DNA of 64,000 nucleotides from Thermodesulfobacteriota bacterium (GCA_040755455.1 JBFMAY010000003.1:32001-96000); one strand, 5' to 3'. Counted from the stretch's first letter, positions 21,714 to 32,834 are shown. Numbers and translations: made by a program. The notes: a model not told the origin generated them from the letters alone.

Positions 21714-22778
21714 ATGATGATACGCTGCCTGCGCCATGAAATTGAGGACCGGGAAGCCAGAAATCTTTCCCCTTTTGCCTGCCACACGAAAAACAGCAAG
21801 GGAAGATTAAGGCAGGAAACGGAGTGCCCCATCCGAGTCGCCTTCCAGCGCGACCGGGACAGAATCATCCACTCCAAAACCTTCCGCCGTCTGACCCACA
21901 AAACCCAGGTTTTTCTCGCCCCCACCGGTGACCATTACCGCACCAGGCTGACCCATGCCCTGGAGGTCGCGCAGATTGCCAGAACAATCGGAGTCGCCCT
22001 GCGCTTAAACGGCCATCTTATTGAGGCAATCGCCCTGGGACATGACCTGGGGCATACCCCTTTCGGCCATGCAGGCGAAGCCGTTTTGAATGAACTCCAT
22101 CCCGGCGGCTTCAAACATTACGAACAGAGCCTGCGGGTGGTCGATGTGCTGGAAAACAAAGGGAAAGGGCTGAATTTAAGCTATGAGGTGCGGGACGGCA
22201 TATTAAAGCACTCAAAGGGCCGGAAAAACATCCTGCCCGACGATCTGTCCGAACTGCCGGAAACCCTGGAGGGACAGGTGGTAAGGGTGGCCGATATCCT
22301 GGCCTATGTCAACCATGACCTTGATGATGCCATCCGGGCCGGACTCATTGAGGAAAAGGACATGCTCGGCCATATCCGGGCCAACCTGGGCGAAACAAAT
22401 TCCCAGCGGATCAGCGCCATGGTTAATGATCTGATCATGAAGACCATTGAGGCAGGGGAAGCGCGACTGGTCATGAGTCCGAAAATTGTTGAGGCGACAT
22501 CGGATCTGCGCAACTTTTTGTTTGAAAATGTCTACCAGACCTCCTGCGTTCACCGCGAATTCATCAAGGCCATGAAAATTATCCGGGATTTGTTTCATTA
22601 TTTTATGGAAGAGGATGTAAGGCTTCCCAGCGGAGATATATGGGAAGCCTCAACGGCTTACGGCGAGGAAACCGAACGGCCGCGCAAGGTATGTGATTTC
22701 ATCGCCGGCATGACGGACCGTTATGCCTTGGATCTTTACACAAATATTTTCTTTCCCAAACGCTGGAGTGTGCAGTAG
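21714..22778 (+). CDS. dgt: Deoxyguanosinetriphosphate triphosphohydrolase-like HD protein
   Basis: FQRDRDRIIHS, KTQVF, RTRLTH, HDLGHTPFGH, DFIAGMTD. Confidence 0.9.
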   Translation: MMIRCLRHEIEDREARNLSPFACHTKNSKGRLRQETECPIRVAFQRDRDRIIHSKTFRRLTHKTQVFLAPTGDHYRTRLTHALEVAQIARTIGVALRLNGHLIEAIALGHDLGHTPFGHAGEAVLNELHPGGFKHYEQSLRVVDVLENKGKGLNLSYEVRDGILKHSKGRKNILPDDLSELPETLEGQVVRVADILAYVNHDLDDAIRAGLIEEKDMLGHIRANLGETNSQRISAMVNDLIMKTIEAGEARLVMSPKIVEATSDLRNFLFENVYQTSCVHREFIKAMKIIRDLFHYFMEEDVRLPSGDIWEASTAYGEETERPRKVCDFIAGMTDRYALDLYTNIFFPKRWSVQ

Positions 22779-22955
22779 AGTGTCAGGGATTTTTTTTCTT
22801 TTCAATTCAGGAGCCGCTGGGAAATAAGCATTTCTGACCGTTTCGTTGCGGCTCCTGATGCCGATCACGGCATTTCTCAGGTCACAGTTATTTTTGAACA
22901 ACCGCTTAATTGGCTCGGCCAAATGGACTACGGTGTAAGGTAAAAGAGTATCAGC

Positions 22956-25640
22956 ATGACGAATAAAGCAGACCAGATAAATACAGGAGAGTTGCTTGCC
23001 AAAGCCTATGAATTTTCCGACGTTGAACGGAGATGGTACGAGGAGTGGCAGAAACAGAAAAAATTCAGGGCCACCATGGATGATTCCCGGCCCTCTTTTT
23101 CCATCGTCATTCCCCCGCCCAATGTCACCGGTGTTCTCCATGTCGGCCATGCCTTGAACAATACCATGCAGGATGTCCTGGTGCGGTACAAGCGCATGCT
23201 GGGTTACAATACCCTGTGGGTGCCGGGAACGGACCATGCCGGCATAGCCACACAGAATGTTGTCGAACGCCAACTTGCCGCGGAAGACCTTACCCGTCAT
23301 GACGTGGGGCGGGATAAATTCATTGAACGGGTATGGCAATGGAAGGCCCAGTCCGGCGGACAGATCATCAATCAGCTCAAACGGCTGGGCTGCTCCTGTG
23401 ACTGGGACAGGGAGCGCTTCACCATGGATGAGGGGCTGTCCCGGGCGGTGCGCGCGGTTTTTACCCGTCTCTATCATGAGGGACTGATTTACAAGGGCGA
23501 CTATATCATCAACTGGTGTCCCCGCTGTCATACGGCCCTGGCTGACCTGGAGGTGGAGCATGAAGCCACTGACGGCAAGCTCTACCGGATCAGATATCCC
23601 TATGCTCAGGGTGACGGCTACATCGTGGTGGCCACCACCAGACCTGAAACCATGCTGGGCGATACCGGGGTCGCTGTCCATCCCGATGACGAACGTTACG
23701 CCTCTCTGCCGGAGAAGTCGGTTATCCTGCCGCTGGTCAACCGTAAAATCCCCGTTGTTTTCGACGCCCAGGTGGAGCGGGAATTCGGCACCGGCGCCCT
23801 GAAGGTGACCCCGGCCCATGACCTCAACGACTTTGAAATCGCCCGCCGCCATGATCTGCCATCGATCAAGGTGATGGATGACAACGGCCGGATGAATGTG
23901 GAAGCCGGCCCCTATGCCGGTCTCGACCGGTTCGACTGCCGCAGACAGATCGTCGAGGACCTGCGGCTGCAGGGATATCTTGAGGGAATCGAGGATTACC
24001 AGCACGGGGTGGGCCACTGTTACCGCTGCGCCACCATTGTCGAACCATCCCTGTCAAAACAGTGGTTTGTCTCGGTGAAACCGCTGGCGGCCAAGGCCAT
24101 TGCCGCGGTAAAGAACGGCGACATCAAAATTCATCCCAGGTCCTGGGAAAACACCTTTTTTGACTGGATGAACAATATCCGGGACTGGTGCATTTCCCGC
24201 CAGATCTGGTGGGGTCATCAGATTCCCGCCTGGACCTGTGAGGCCTGCGGCGAGCTGATCGTCAGCGAAAGCGATCCGGACCATTGCCCGCAATGTAAGT
24301 CCAAACAGCTCCTGCAGGAAACCGATGTCCTCGATACCTGGTTCAGTTCCGCCCTCTGGCCCTTTTCCACCCTGGGCTGGCCAGACGACACCGCGGAAAT
24401 GAAATTCTTCTATCCCACCTCGGTGCTGATCACCAGCTTTGATATCCTTTTCTTCTGGGTCTCACGCATGATGATGATGGGCATTCACTTCATGGGGAAA
24501 GTGCCTTTCAAGGATGTCTACCTGCATGCCCTGGTGCGTGACGCCCAAGGGCAGAAGATGAGCAAATCAAAAGGCAACGTCATGGACCCGCTGCTCATCA
24601 TGGACAAGTACGGCACCGATGCCCTGCGCTTCACCATGACCGCCTTTGCCGCCCAGGGCCGGGACATCCGTCTTTCGGAGGAGAGGATCGAAGGGTACCG
24701 CTACTTCATCAATAAGATATGGAACGCCAGCCGTTTTGCCCTGATGCATATCAGTGACTGCGATCCCTCTGTCACCAGGGGCATCACCCCAGAAGGCCTC
24801 GGGCTGGCCCATCGCTGGATCTTAAGCCGTCTCAACCGCACCGTCGCCGAGGTGCACCGTTCCCTCCATGATTACCGTTTCAATGATGCCGCATCCGCCA
24901 TGTATCAGTTTGTCTGGCATGAATTCTGTGACTGGTATCTGGAACTGATCAAGCCGGAACTTTTCAGTGATGCGGATGATAAAAAACAGCAGGCCAGGGC
25001 CGTACTCTTTACGGTCCTGGAAGCGGTTATCAAGCTGCTCCACCCGGTGATCCCTTTTGTTACGGAAGAAATCTGGCATGTTCTGCCCGGTGCGCGGCAA
25101 AGTGTCATGACCGAAGCGTATCCCCGGGAAAACCCGGTTTGGGATGATGCCGAGGCCGAGGCGACAGCACAGCTGGTCATGGGTCTGATCGGCGGCATCC
25201 GCAACATCCGCAGCGAGATGCAGATTCATCCCTCCGCCCAGGTTGAGGCGATTGTCATCTGCCATAATCAGACGAAGAAAAACACTATTGAGCAACATTG
25301 CGACCAGATAAAAGGCATGACTCGAACAGCCATCCTGACTCTCCGCAGCGAGGGCCACGGTCCCAAAGGGGCTGCTGCATACATCTTTGAAGATATCGAG
25401 ATCGCCGTTCCTCTGGCGGGGCTCATTGATGTGCAGAAGGAACTTGACAAGCTGACCAAGGAACAGGCAAAGATCGACAAACAGCTCTCGCAGAGCCAGG
25501 GGAAACTCAGCAACAAGAAATTCCTGGAGAATGCCCCGGAGGATGTGGTGGCCAAGGAAAAAGAGAAGGTGGAAGCGCTGTCCGCCACCCTGGAAAAAAT
25601 CGAACAGAGCAGGAAACGGCTGCAGGAAATCGGCGGCTGA
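22956..25640 (+). CDS. valS: Valyl-tRNA synthetase
   Basis: PPPNVTGVLHVGH, GTDHAGIATQ, DWCISRQ, KMSKS, C-terminal coiled coil. Confidence 0.98.
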   Translation: MTNKADQINTGELLAKAYEFSDVERRWYEEWQKQKKFRATMDDSRPSFSIVIPPPNVTGVLHVGHALNNTMQDVLVRYKRMLGYNTLWVPGTDHAGIATQNVVERQLAAEDLTRHDVGRDKFIERVWQWKAQSGGQIINQLKRLGCSCDWDRERFTMDEGLSRAVRAVFTRLYHEGLIYKGDYIINWCPRCHTALADLEVEHEATDGKLYRIRYPYAQGDGYIVVATTRPETMLGDTGVAVHPDDERYASLPEKSVILPLVNRKIPVVFDAQVEREFGTGALKVTPAHDLNDFEIARRHDLPSIKVMDDNGRMNVEAGPYAGLDRFDCRRQIVEDLRLQGYLEGIEDYQHGVGHCYRCATIVEPSLSKQWFVSVKPLAAKAIAAVKNGDIKIHPRSWENTFFDWMNNIRDWCISRQIWWGHQIPAWTCEACGELIVSESDPDHCPQCKSKQLLQETDVLDTWFSSALWPFSTLGWPDDTAEMKFFYPTSVLITSFDILFFWVSRMMMMGIHFMGKVPFKDVYLHALVRDAQGQKMSKSKGNVMDPLLIMDKYGTDALRFTMTAFAAQGRDIRLSEERIEGYRYFINKIWNASRFALMHISDCDPSVTRGITPEGLGLAHRWILSRLNRTVAEVHRSLHDYRFNDAASAMYQFVWHEFCDWYLELIKPELFSDADDKKQQARAVLFTVLEAVIKLLHPVIPFVTEEIWHVLPGARQSVMTEAYPRENPVWDDAEAEATAQLVMGLIGGIRNIRSEMQIHPSAQVEAIVICHNQTKKNTIEQHCDQIKGMTRTAILTLRSEGHGPKGAAAYIFEDIEIAVPLAGLIDVQKELDKLTKEQAKIDKQLSQSQGKLSNKKFLENAPEDVVAKEKEKVEALSATLEKIEQSRKRLQEIGG

Positions 25641-25751
25641 TTTTTTTTGTTCCCGGCCAATTTGGCCATCAGCGATCATACCACCCGACCCAGGGCAGGC
25701 CCAAGGGCTGCCCTTACAGGGCAAACAAGCAATGATGGCCGGACGACAATG

Positions 25752-25787
25752 AAAAAAGGCAGGCCCCCACAGGGGCCTGCCTTTTTT
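25752..25787. terminator. Bidirectional intrinsic terminator between valS and carbonic anhydrase 2
   Basis: A6-GGCAGGCCCC-CACA-GGGGCCTGCC-T6. Confidence 0.85.
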
Positions 25788-25866
25788 ATCTGCTTATGCG
25801 AAGATGCAGCCATGGTCATGCCGGGCAAGGAAGGCGCGACCGGCAATCCATGGAAACACTGCAGTT

Positions 25867-26643
25867 TTATTCCGCCATGGCGTTCATGGCCCTGGCTGGA
25901 TTCTTCTCAACCTTGTCCAGTATTTCCGTTACCTTGGTTTCCGGCAGCCAGTTGACCTTGCCGGTGCCGACATCATACATGGCGCCGACAACCTTGGCTT
26001 TGCCGCTCTTGACCAGTTCACGGGTGGCCGGGCTGTTCATGAACAAATCCTCAATTCCCTGCCAGATATTTTCTTCAATGCCATACGGGACCACGTCTTG
26101 GCCGTGCTTGTCCGGATGGGCGGCAATGGCCTTTTTAACCGCAGGGATGATGTTGTCAACCAAGGGCGGGATATTTCTCTCCAGCGCATGACCATGCCCT
26201 TCCACCTCGGCGGTGACGGCGGTTACCGCGCCGCACTGGGTGTGTCCCAACACCACCAGCACCGGAGTGTTGACATGGGCCAGGCCATATTCAATGGAAC
26301 CCGTCTCATCCACGTCCATGACATTGCCTGCCACCCTGATGATGAAGATGTCCATGACGCCGGCGTCAAAAATACGCTCAACAGGAACCCTGGAGTCGGA
26401 ACAGCTGAGAACGGTGGCATAGGCATGATCACCTTGGTTCTCCTTGCCGGCCTGGATGAGACGGTTGGTGTCGCTGTGCGGATGGGTTGATTTGTTGGCC
26501 ACAAAACGGGCATTGCCCTCCTGCAGCATCTTGATGGCTGCATCAGGGCTGGGCTTGACAGCTGTACTGCTTGCCGTTGCCTGAAAAGCGGTGGCCGCCA
26601 GAAGACAGCATCCCAGTGCGAAAGCATTCAACATCTTCTTCAT
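25867..26643 (-). CDS. Second beta-class carbonic anhydrase with signal peptide
   Basis: EGNARF, CSDSRVP, IRVAGN, HTQCGA. Confidence 0.92.
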   Translation of the reverse strand: MKKMLNAFALGCCLLAATAFQATASSTAVKPSPDAAIKMLQEGNARFVANKSTHPHSDTNRLIQAGKENQGDHAYATVLSCSDSRVPVERIFDAGVMDIFIIRVAGNVMDVDETGSIEYGLAHVNTPVLVVLGHTQCGAVTAVTAEVEGHGHALERNIPPLVDNIIPAVKKAIAAHPDKHGQDVVPYGIEENIWQGIEDLFMNSPATRELVKSGKAKVVGAMYDVGTGKVNWLPETKVTEILDKVEKNPARAMNAMAE

Positions 26644-26921
26644 TTGCTAATCCTCCAATTTTTTTAATTTGGAATTCAAAAAAAACAATGAATGGCTGCT
26701 CATTCAAAATTTTTTTCTTATTCTCTTTCCCATAGAATTGTCAAGGCAAAAAAAGAGAAATTGATGCAAAGATATGTATTTTTTTGACAAGTTTTGGTAA
26801 GTTAGCCTTGACCATGGCGGATATGCCATATTTCCGCGGGCCTGTTTTTTATAATTTTATTTGCTCGCTTCAAAGCAGGCAAACGGACAACCAGTCTTTT
26901 GTCAACGAGTTGGAGGAAGGA

Positions 26922-27485
26922 TTGTCTACCCATCTCATTTTTCGAACAATGGTGTTGTTTATCCCTGTCCTGCTCCTGCTGACGATAAACAGCCATGCGG
27001 GAGAATTCACCATCGATTCCGCCGCCATGCTCAAGGCCCACAACGGGCTGCGGGCCGGTGTCGGTTCTCCCAAGGTGAAATGGTCGGAGGCGCTGGAAGC
27101 CAAAGCGATCAACCGGTTAAAGGAATTGCAGAAAATGGGCTGCGTCATGGAGCACAGCGGGCCGGGGGAAAATCTCTTCTGGGCCAGCGCCCTGAAAACC
27201 GCCGACAGAAAAAATGCCTTCGGTCAGTGGATATGGCATAAATCGTTGCAGAAAATCAGCGAGAAGGATGTGGTGTCCAGTTGGGCCAGTGAGAAAAAAT
27301 GGTACGCCTATGAGGAGGAAACCTGTCACGCCCCCATGGGTGAAACCTGCGGCCATTACACGCAACTGGTCTGGGAAGACACTCGGGAAATTGGCTGCGG
27401 CAGATCAATCTGCAGCGACAAATCCCAGGTGTGGCTCTGTCTCTACTCACCGGCCGGGAATATCATAGGCGAAAAACCCTATTGA
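26922..27485 (+). CDS. CAP/SCP (PR-1-like) domain secreted protein
   Basis: AHN..R, GENLF, CGHYTQLVW, GN..GEKPY; TTG start after GGAGG (start uncertain). Confidence 0.85.
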   Translation: MSTHLIFRTMVLFIPVLLLLTINSHAGEFTIDSAAMLKAHNGLRAGVGSPKVKWSEALEAKAINRLKELQKMGCVMEHSGPGENLFWASALKTADRKNAFGQWIWHKSLQKISEKDVVSSWASEKKWYAYEEETCHAPMGETCGHYTQLVWEDTREIGCGRSICSDKSQVWLCLYSPAGNIIGEKPY

Positions 27486-27732
27486 TTTCGCCTCCCGGCT
27501 AACTTCCTGATCAGGCGGGGCATACGACGACGGCTTTGGGTTGTTGCCTGAAAATTTATTATCAATTTGCTTAATTTTATTATAAGTTTGAAATGATCAT
27601 TCTATCGGCAACCGGATCATGCGGCTAATGATGAACCAACTCTTCGTTTAAACGCCACACTGTCACCGGGTAACAGCAATCCCGCGTAATAATTGATAGT
27701 CTTGTAGCCTATTCTTTTTCGATAACATATCC

Positions 27733-29199
27733 ATGGACAAAGAAAATCCGTCTGAAAAATGCGCGAAGCCGCCGGCCTGTAAAACAAAAATCGTCTGCAC
27801 CATCGGCCCGGCATCGGATTCTCCTGAGATTATCCGGCAGATGATCAAGGCCGGCATGACCATCGCCCGCCTGAACTTCTCCCACGGCCAGTTTCATGAA
27901 CATGGCGAGGTCATCAAAAAAATCCGGGCGGCGGCCGCATCGTTAAACACCCGGGTCGCCATCCTAGCCGACCTGCCCGGTCCCAAGATGCGGCTGGGCG
28001 AACTTGCCGAGGAGCCGCTGCAGCTCGACCAGGGCGACGGATTTACTCTCACTGCCGATCATATCATCGGGAGCAAGGAGCGGGTTTGCACCACCTTTGC
28101 CCCATTGCCTAGGGTGGTCAAGGCAGGCGACATGCTCTTTATCAACGATGGTCTGATCCAGCTCAAGGTGCTGGAGGTTCAGGGCAATGACGTGTTGTGC
28201 AATGTGGTGGTCGGCGGGGAACTGCGGTCGAGAAAGGGGCTTAATCTGCCTGGCATCGATCTCGGCATCAGCGCCTTTACCGAGCATGACCAGACATGCA
28301 TGAAGTTCGCCCTGGAAAACGGGGTGGACTGCATCAGCCAGTCCTTTGTCGCCTCGGCCGCCGATATTATCGCGGTGCGCGAGGCCGCCGCCGGCCTGGG
28401 CTACAGGCCTTTCATCATCGCCAAGATAGAACGCAAGAGCAACCGGGAAAATATCGATGAAATCCTGGAAGCGGCGGACGGCATCATGGTTGCCCGGGGT
28501 GATCTCGGCGTAGAAATTCCCATCGAAGATATCGCCGTGGCCCAGAAATATATCATCGCCAAGGCCAATGCTCTCGGCAAACCGGTCATCACCGCCACCC
28601 AGATGCTCGAGTCCATGACCACCAACAAGCGGCCGACCCGGGCCGAGGCCACCGATGTCGCCAATGCCATTCTGGACGGCACGGACTGTGTCATGCTGTC
28701 GGGCGAATCGGCCATGGGCAAATACCCGGTGGAGGCGGTGGCAATGCTGGCCCGCATCGCCGCGGCAACCGAGCCATACCGCCCCCCCCGTCATTACCGC
28801 CGCATCCTTGGCTACCTGAGGGAAAAGGAACGGAAAAACATGGTGGATCTCATCAGCCTCAGTGTGGAAAACACCCTTGAGGAGATTGATTGCGGGGCGG
28901 TTCTGGTCCCCACGGCCAGCGGGGCAACGGCAAGAAACCTGGCCCGCTTCAGGCTGCAGGCCTGGATTTTCGCCGTCAGCCCCAACGACAAGACCTGCCA
29001 GGAACTCCTCTTTTCCTACGGGGTCCTGCCGGTGCTGCACAAGGACCACCCGGAGAACTGGACCGGTTATGCCAGGGAACTGGCGCAGGTCCATGCCATA
29101 AAGGGTGACCACATGGTCGTCACCGAGGGGCCGTCTCCGGCCCGCCTCCAGGCCAATCACCGCATGGAGATCATCAATATCCGCCCGGCAAGGGAATAG
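27733..29199 (+). CDS. pyk: Pyruvate kinase
   Basis: TKIVCTIGPAS, RLNFSHG, MVARGDLG, ATQMLESM, PTRAE. Confidence 0.96.
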   Translation: MDKENPSEKCAKPPACKTKIVCTIGPASDSPEIIRQMIKAGMTIARLNFSHGQFHEHGEVIKKIRAAAASLNTRVAILADLPGPKMRLGELAEEPLQLDQGDGFTLTADHIIGSKERVCTTFAPLPRVVKAGDMLFINDGLIQLKVLEVQGNDVLCNVVVGGELRSRKGLNLPGIDLGISAFTEHDQTCMKFALENGVDCISQSFVASAADIIAVREAAAGLGYRPFIIAKIERKSNRENIDEILEAADGIMVARGDLGVEIPIEDIAVAQKYIIAKANALGKPVITATQMLESMTTNKRPTRAEATDVANAILDGTDCVMLSGESAMGKYPVEAVAMLARIAAATEPYRPPRHYRRILGYLREKERKNMVDLISLSVENTLEEIDCGAVLVPTASGATARNLARFRLQAWIFAVSPNDKTCQELLFSYGVLPVLHKDHPENWTGYARELAQVHAIKGDHMVVTEGPSPARLQANHRMEIINIRPARE

Positions 29200-29354
29200 A
29201 TCACAAGATGGAAACTCAGCTTTCTAACTTGTTGTAAGATAATGTTTTATCAAAGAAGTCGGATACCATAATATAAAAGGAAGGCTAAAAAAATCAGTCA
29301 TTCCCGCTTCTAAATTCCGACTCCCGGCAACTCGTCGCTGAAAGGATATGGGAG

Positions 29355-31436
29355 ATGAAAATATTTCCGGTTAAGCCGGGGTGGAGATATCCCCCCGGCG
29401 CCAAGGTCTCTGCCAAGGGCGTCAATTTCTGTATCTTCTCCAGGCAGGCCACGGCCATGGAGTTGCTGCTCTACAGCGATCCCCACAGCACCGAACCCTT
29501 CCAGGTGGTGACCCTGGACCCCCAGGAAAACCGCACCTTCTTCTTCTGGCATGTCTTTGTCGAAGGACTGCCCGCCGGTGTCTGCTATACGTGGCGGGCC
29601 GACGGGCCCCAAGACACCAGGGTTTCCGGCTGCCGCTTCAATCCGGAAAAGGAGTTGCTCGATCTCTGGACGAAAACCGTCACCGACAACCTGTGGGACA
29701 GGAGCCGGGCGTGCCTGCCCGGCCCGAGCAACGGGCGCAGCATGCGCGCTGTCGTGGTCAAGGAGGAGAACTATGACTGGGAGGGCGATACCCCTCTTTA
29801 CCACAAGCCGGAAAAGACCATCATCTATGAACTCCATGTCGGCGGTTTCACCAAACACGGCTCGGCCAACGTGCCCCACCCCGGCACTTATGCCGGGGTC
29901 ATCGCCAAGATCCCCTACCTCAAGGAACTGGGCATCACCGCGGTTGAGCTGCTGCCGGTCATGGCCTTTGACGAACAGGACCTGCCGGAAAGCGCCCGGC
30001 TGCTCGGCCTGAAAAACTTCTGGGGCTACAGCACCCACAGCTACTACTGCCCCCATCCCCATTACTGCATCAATCCCCTGGCCGAAAACCATATCATTGA
30101 GTTCCGAGACATGGTCAAAGCCCTGCACAAGGCCGACATCGCGGTGATCATGGATGTGGTCTACAACCACACGGCCGAAGGCGGGGAAGACGGCCCGCTG
30201 ATCAACTTCAAGGGCCTGGCCAACAGCGGCTTCTACCACCTGGAGCCCCATGACCGCAGTCTGTACCGCGACTATACCGGCTGCGGCAACACGGTGAACT
30301 GCAATCATCCCCTTGTCGCCCGTTTCATTGTCGACAGCCTTGAATACTGGGTGCGGGACATGCATATCGACGCCTTCCGCTTCGATCTGGCCAGCGTGCT
30401 GGCCCGTGGCATGGACGGCAAACCGGATCATTTCGCCCCGGTGGTATGGAGCATCGAGTTTTCCAACGTGCTGAACCGCACCGGGCTGATCGCCGAGGCC
30501 TGGGACGCCGGCGGACTCTATCAGGTGGGCGACTTTCCCGGCTTCCGCTGGGCGGAGTGGAACGGCCGCTATCGCGACCTGGTCCGCCAGTTCGTCAGGG
30601 GCGACAAGGGAATGATAGGAGAGATGGCGACCCGCTTCTGCGGCAGCAGCGACCTCTATGAACCCTCCGGCCGGCTGCCCATCAACAGCATTAACTTCGT
30701 TACCTGCCATGACGGTTTCACTCTGTGGGACCTGGTCAGCTATAACGAGAAGCACAACGAGGACAACGGCGAGAATAACCGGGACGGCAGCAGTCACAAC
30801 CTGAGCTGGAACTGCGGCGTCGAAGGTGAGACAAAAGATGGGAAAATCCTCGCCCTGCGCCGGCGGCAAGCCAGGAACTTCATGGCTATCCTGCTGCTCA
30901 GCCACGGGGTGCCCATGCTGCTTGCCGGCGACGAGGTGCTGCGCAGCCAGCAGGGTAACAACAACTGCTACTGCCAGGACAATGAACTGGGCTGGTTTGA
31001 CTGGGAGCTGGTTGAGAAAAACCGGGACATGTTCCGCTTTGTCAAGGAGATGATCGCCTTCCGCAAACGCCATCCATGCCTGATGCCCCGCCGTTTCGTC
31101 ACCGGCGGCAAACCAAAAAACACCCGCCTGCCCGACATCACCTGGCACGGCAGGAAACTGGGCAAGCCCGTGTGGAACAACCCGCGGGCGACCTTCCTCG
31201 CCTTCACCCTGGGCGGGACAGGCAAAGAGGAAGACCTGCACGTCATCTTCAACATGTCGGCCAGAACCATGGGCTTTGCCCTGCCCGAAGTGAGCGGCAG
31301 GAAATGGCACCTGGCCATTGATACCCGGGCGGCCAGCCCCGATGACATCAGGCGGCCAGAAGATCAGACGCCGGTTGACAAAAAATACGTCAAGGTGAAG
31401 GCACGAAGTGTGGTGGTGCTGGAAAGCAGGCCTTGA
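29355..31436 (+). CDS. glgX: Glycogen debranching enzyme / isoamylase (GH13)
   Basis: YELHVGGF, DVVYNHT, FRFDLA, IAEAWD, CHDGFTL, QQGNNNCYCQD. Confidence 0.93.
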   Translation: MKIFPVKPGWRYPPGAKVSAKGVNFCIFSRQATAMELLLYSDPHSTEPFQVVTLDPQENRTFFFWHVFVEGLPAGVCYTWRADGPQDTRVSGCRFNPEKELLDLWTKTVTDNLWDRSRACLPGPSNGRSMRAVVVKEENYDWEGDTPLYHKPEKTIIYELHVGGFTKHGSANVPHPGTYAGVIAKIPYLKELGITAVELLPVMAFDEQDLPESARLLGLKNFWGYSTHSYYCPHPHYCINPLAENHIIEFRDMVKALHKADIAVIMDVVYNHTAEGGEDGPLINFKGLANSGFYHLEPHDRSLYRDYTGCGNTVNCNHPLVARFIVDSLEYWVRDMHIDAFRFDLASVLARGMDGKPDHFAPVVWSIEFSNVLNRTGLIAEAWDAGGLYQVGDFPGFRWAEWNGRYRDLVRQFVRGDKGMIGEMATRFCGSSDLYEPSGRLPINSINFVTCHDGFTLWDLVSYNEKHNEDNGENNRDGSSHNLSWNCGVEGETKDGKILALRRRQARNFMAILLLSHGVPMLLAGDEVLRSQQGNNNCYCQDNELGWFDWELVEKNRDMFRFVKEMIAFRKRHPCLMPRRFVTGGKPKNTRLPDITWHGRKLGKPVWNNPRATFLAFTLGGTGKEEDLHVIFNMSARTMGFALPEVSGRKWHLAIDTRAASPDDIRRPEDQTPVDKKYVKVKARSVVVLESRP

Positions 31437-31694
31437 TATCTTTCGATTCCCTATAAGCTGCCAGTGGTTTTCCCTTGCAAATTTTGCAAGTGGTCATGGC
31501 TGTCTAAACATCCTTTGACATTTCCCCTTTTTAAGTTTATTTTCACGGCCATTTGCGTAGAAATACCCAGTGGCAAATCCGTAGGCGAGGCCATCCTGTC
31601 GCTTGTCGATAAGCCGAATCGCGGAACGGGCTGTCATGCGGTACTCCATCCGTTTTTTTTACGATCTGTCATTTTTAACCAGGAGGTACATTTC

Positions 31695-32264
31695 ATGTCC
31701 AATGGACAAACATCTCAAGGAAATCCGGCGGTTGTCGGTCTGGCGGGATTTGCTCTCACCACCATGCTTCTGCAGGTGCACAATATAGGATTGTGTGATA
31801 TCGGCCCCGTTGTGGCCCTTGCCTTTGTTTTCGGCGGATTGGCCCAGATGCTGGCAGGTTTCCAGGAATTCAAATGCGGGAACAACTTCGGCTACAGCGC
31901 TTTTGTATCCTATGGCGCTTTCTGGATTGCCCTCGGCATCATCTTCATGCTCAATCATTTCAACATCTATCACTCCAGCACAACCGATGTGGGATGGTTC
32001 CTGGTGGTCTGGACCATTTACACTTTCATCATGTGGATTCCCGCCATGAAGATTCATGGAGCAATGGCCGTAACCTTTACGCTGCTGCTGATCGGCTTCA
32101 TTCTCCTTGACCTGGCGCATTTCGGTTACCCTGAAATGACAAAGATCGCCGGCTATGAACTTATGCTGTGCGCCGCCTCGGCATGGTATATGATGGCTCA
32201 TGTCATTTATGCCCAGATCTTTGGCAGAGATGTTCTGCCCGTCGGAAAACCATGGATCAGATAA
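31695..32264 (+). CDS. satP: Acetate/succinate uptake transporter (GPR1/FUN34/YaaH family)
   Basis: NPAVVGLAGF, GGLAQ, SYGAFW; AGGAGG RBS before ATG 31695. Confidence 0.88.
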   Translation: MSNGQTSQGNPAVVGLAGFALTTMLLQVHNIGLCDIGPVVALAFVFGGLAQMLAGFQEFKCGNNFGYSAFVSYGAFWIALGIIFMLNHFNIYHSSTTDVGWFLVVWTIYTFIMWIPAMKIHGAMAVTFTLLLIGFILLDLAHFGYPEMTKIAGYELMLCAASAWYMMAHVIYAQIFGRDVLPVGKPWIR

Positions 32265-32317
32265 ACCACTTATTACGGTGGTAACTGCTGAAAAGAAATT
32301 AAAAAAGGAGAGGTACA

Positions 32318-32797
32318 ATGCAAAGATTTCTCATCGCTTTCCTCATAGCAACCTTCGTTCTTTTTTCCTCTCAAGCATTTGCCGAGGAGAGGGCAACAAC
32401 GGAAGAATGTGTGCAAAAAACCCATGAAGCAGCCGCCATGATAAATGCCAAGGGAGTGGAAGAGGCCGTTAAACTGATTGGCGATCCCCAGGGCCCTTAT
32501 GTCTGGAAAGATTCCTACGTCTTTCTGATGGATCTGAAGGGGAAAATGCTGGCCCATCCCATGCAGCCTGAACTTACCCGGCATGAACATGTTCTTCTGC
32601 AGACCGATGCCGCAGACAAAGCGATTTTCGTCCATTTTGTCAATATTGCCAAGGACCCGGGCCAGGGTTGGGTGGATTATATGTGGCCCAAGCCTGGGAA
32701 AAAATCACCATCCAAAAAGGTTACCTATATCTACAGAGTGCCGACCAAAGATCTTCTGGTGGGTGCAGGAGTTTATGTCGGCGGCATGATGTATTGA
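32318..32797 (+). CDS. Stand-alone periplasmic single Cache domain protein
   Basis: Signal peptide; YVF..AHP, GWVDYMWPKP, K..Y. Confidence 0.85.
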   Translation: MQRFLIAFLIATFVLFSSQAFAEERATTEECVQKTHEAAAMINAKGVEEAVKLIGDPQGPYVWKDSYVFLMDLKGKMLAHPMQPELTRHEHVLLQTDAADKAIFVHFVNIAKDPGQGWVDYMWPKPGKKSPSKKVTYIYRVPTKDLLVGAGVYVGGMMY

Positions 32798-32834
32798 TCC
32801 TAAGGCCGGAAGCATGCTTCGCAGAGCGGCATGA

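Noticed and set aside
29310..31310. 666-aa antisense ORF over glgX (similarly 59839-61470, 22650-24017, 8992-10275, 27964-29160)
   Set aside because: Shadow ORFs opposite well-supported GC-rich genes; no recognisable motifs
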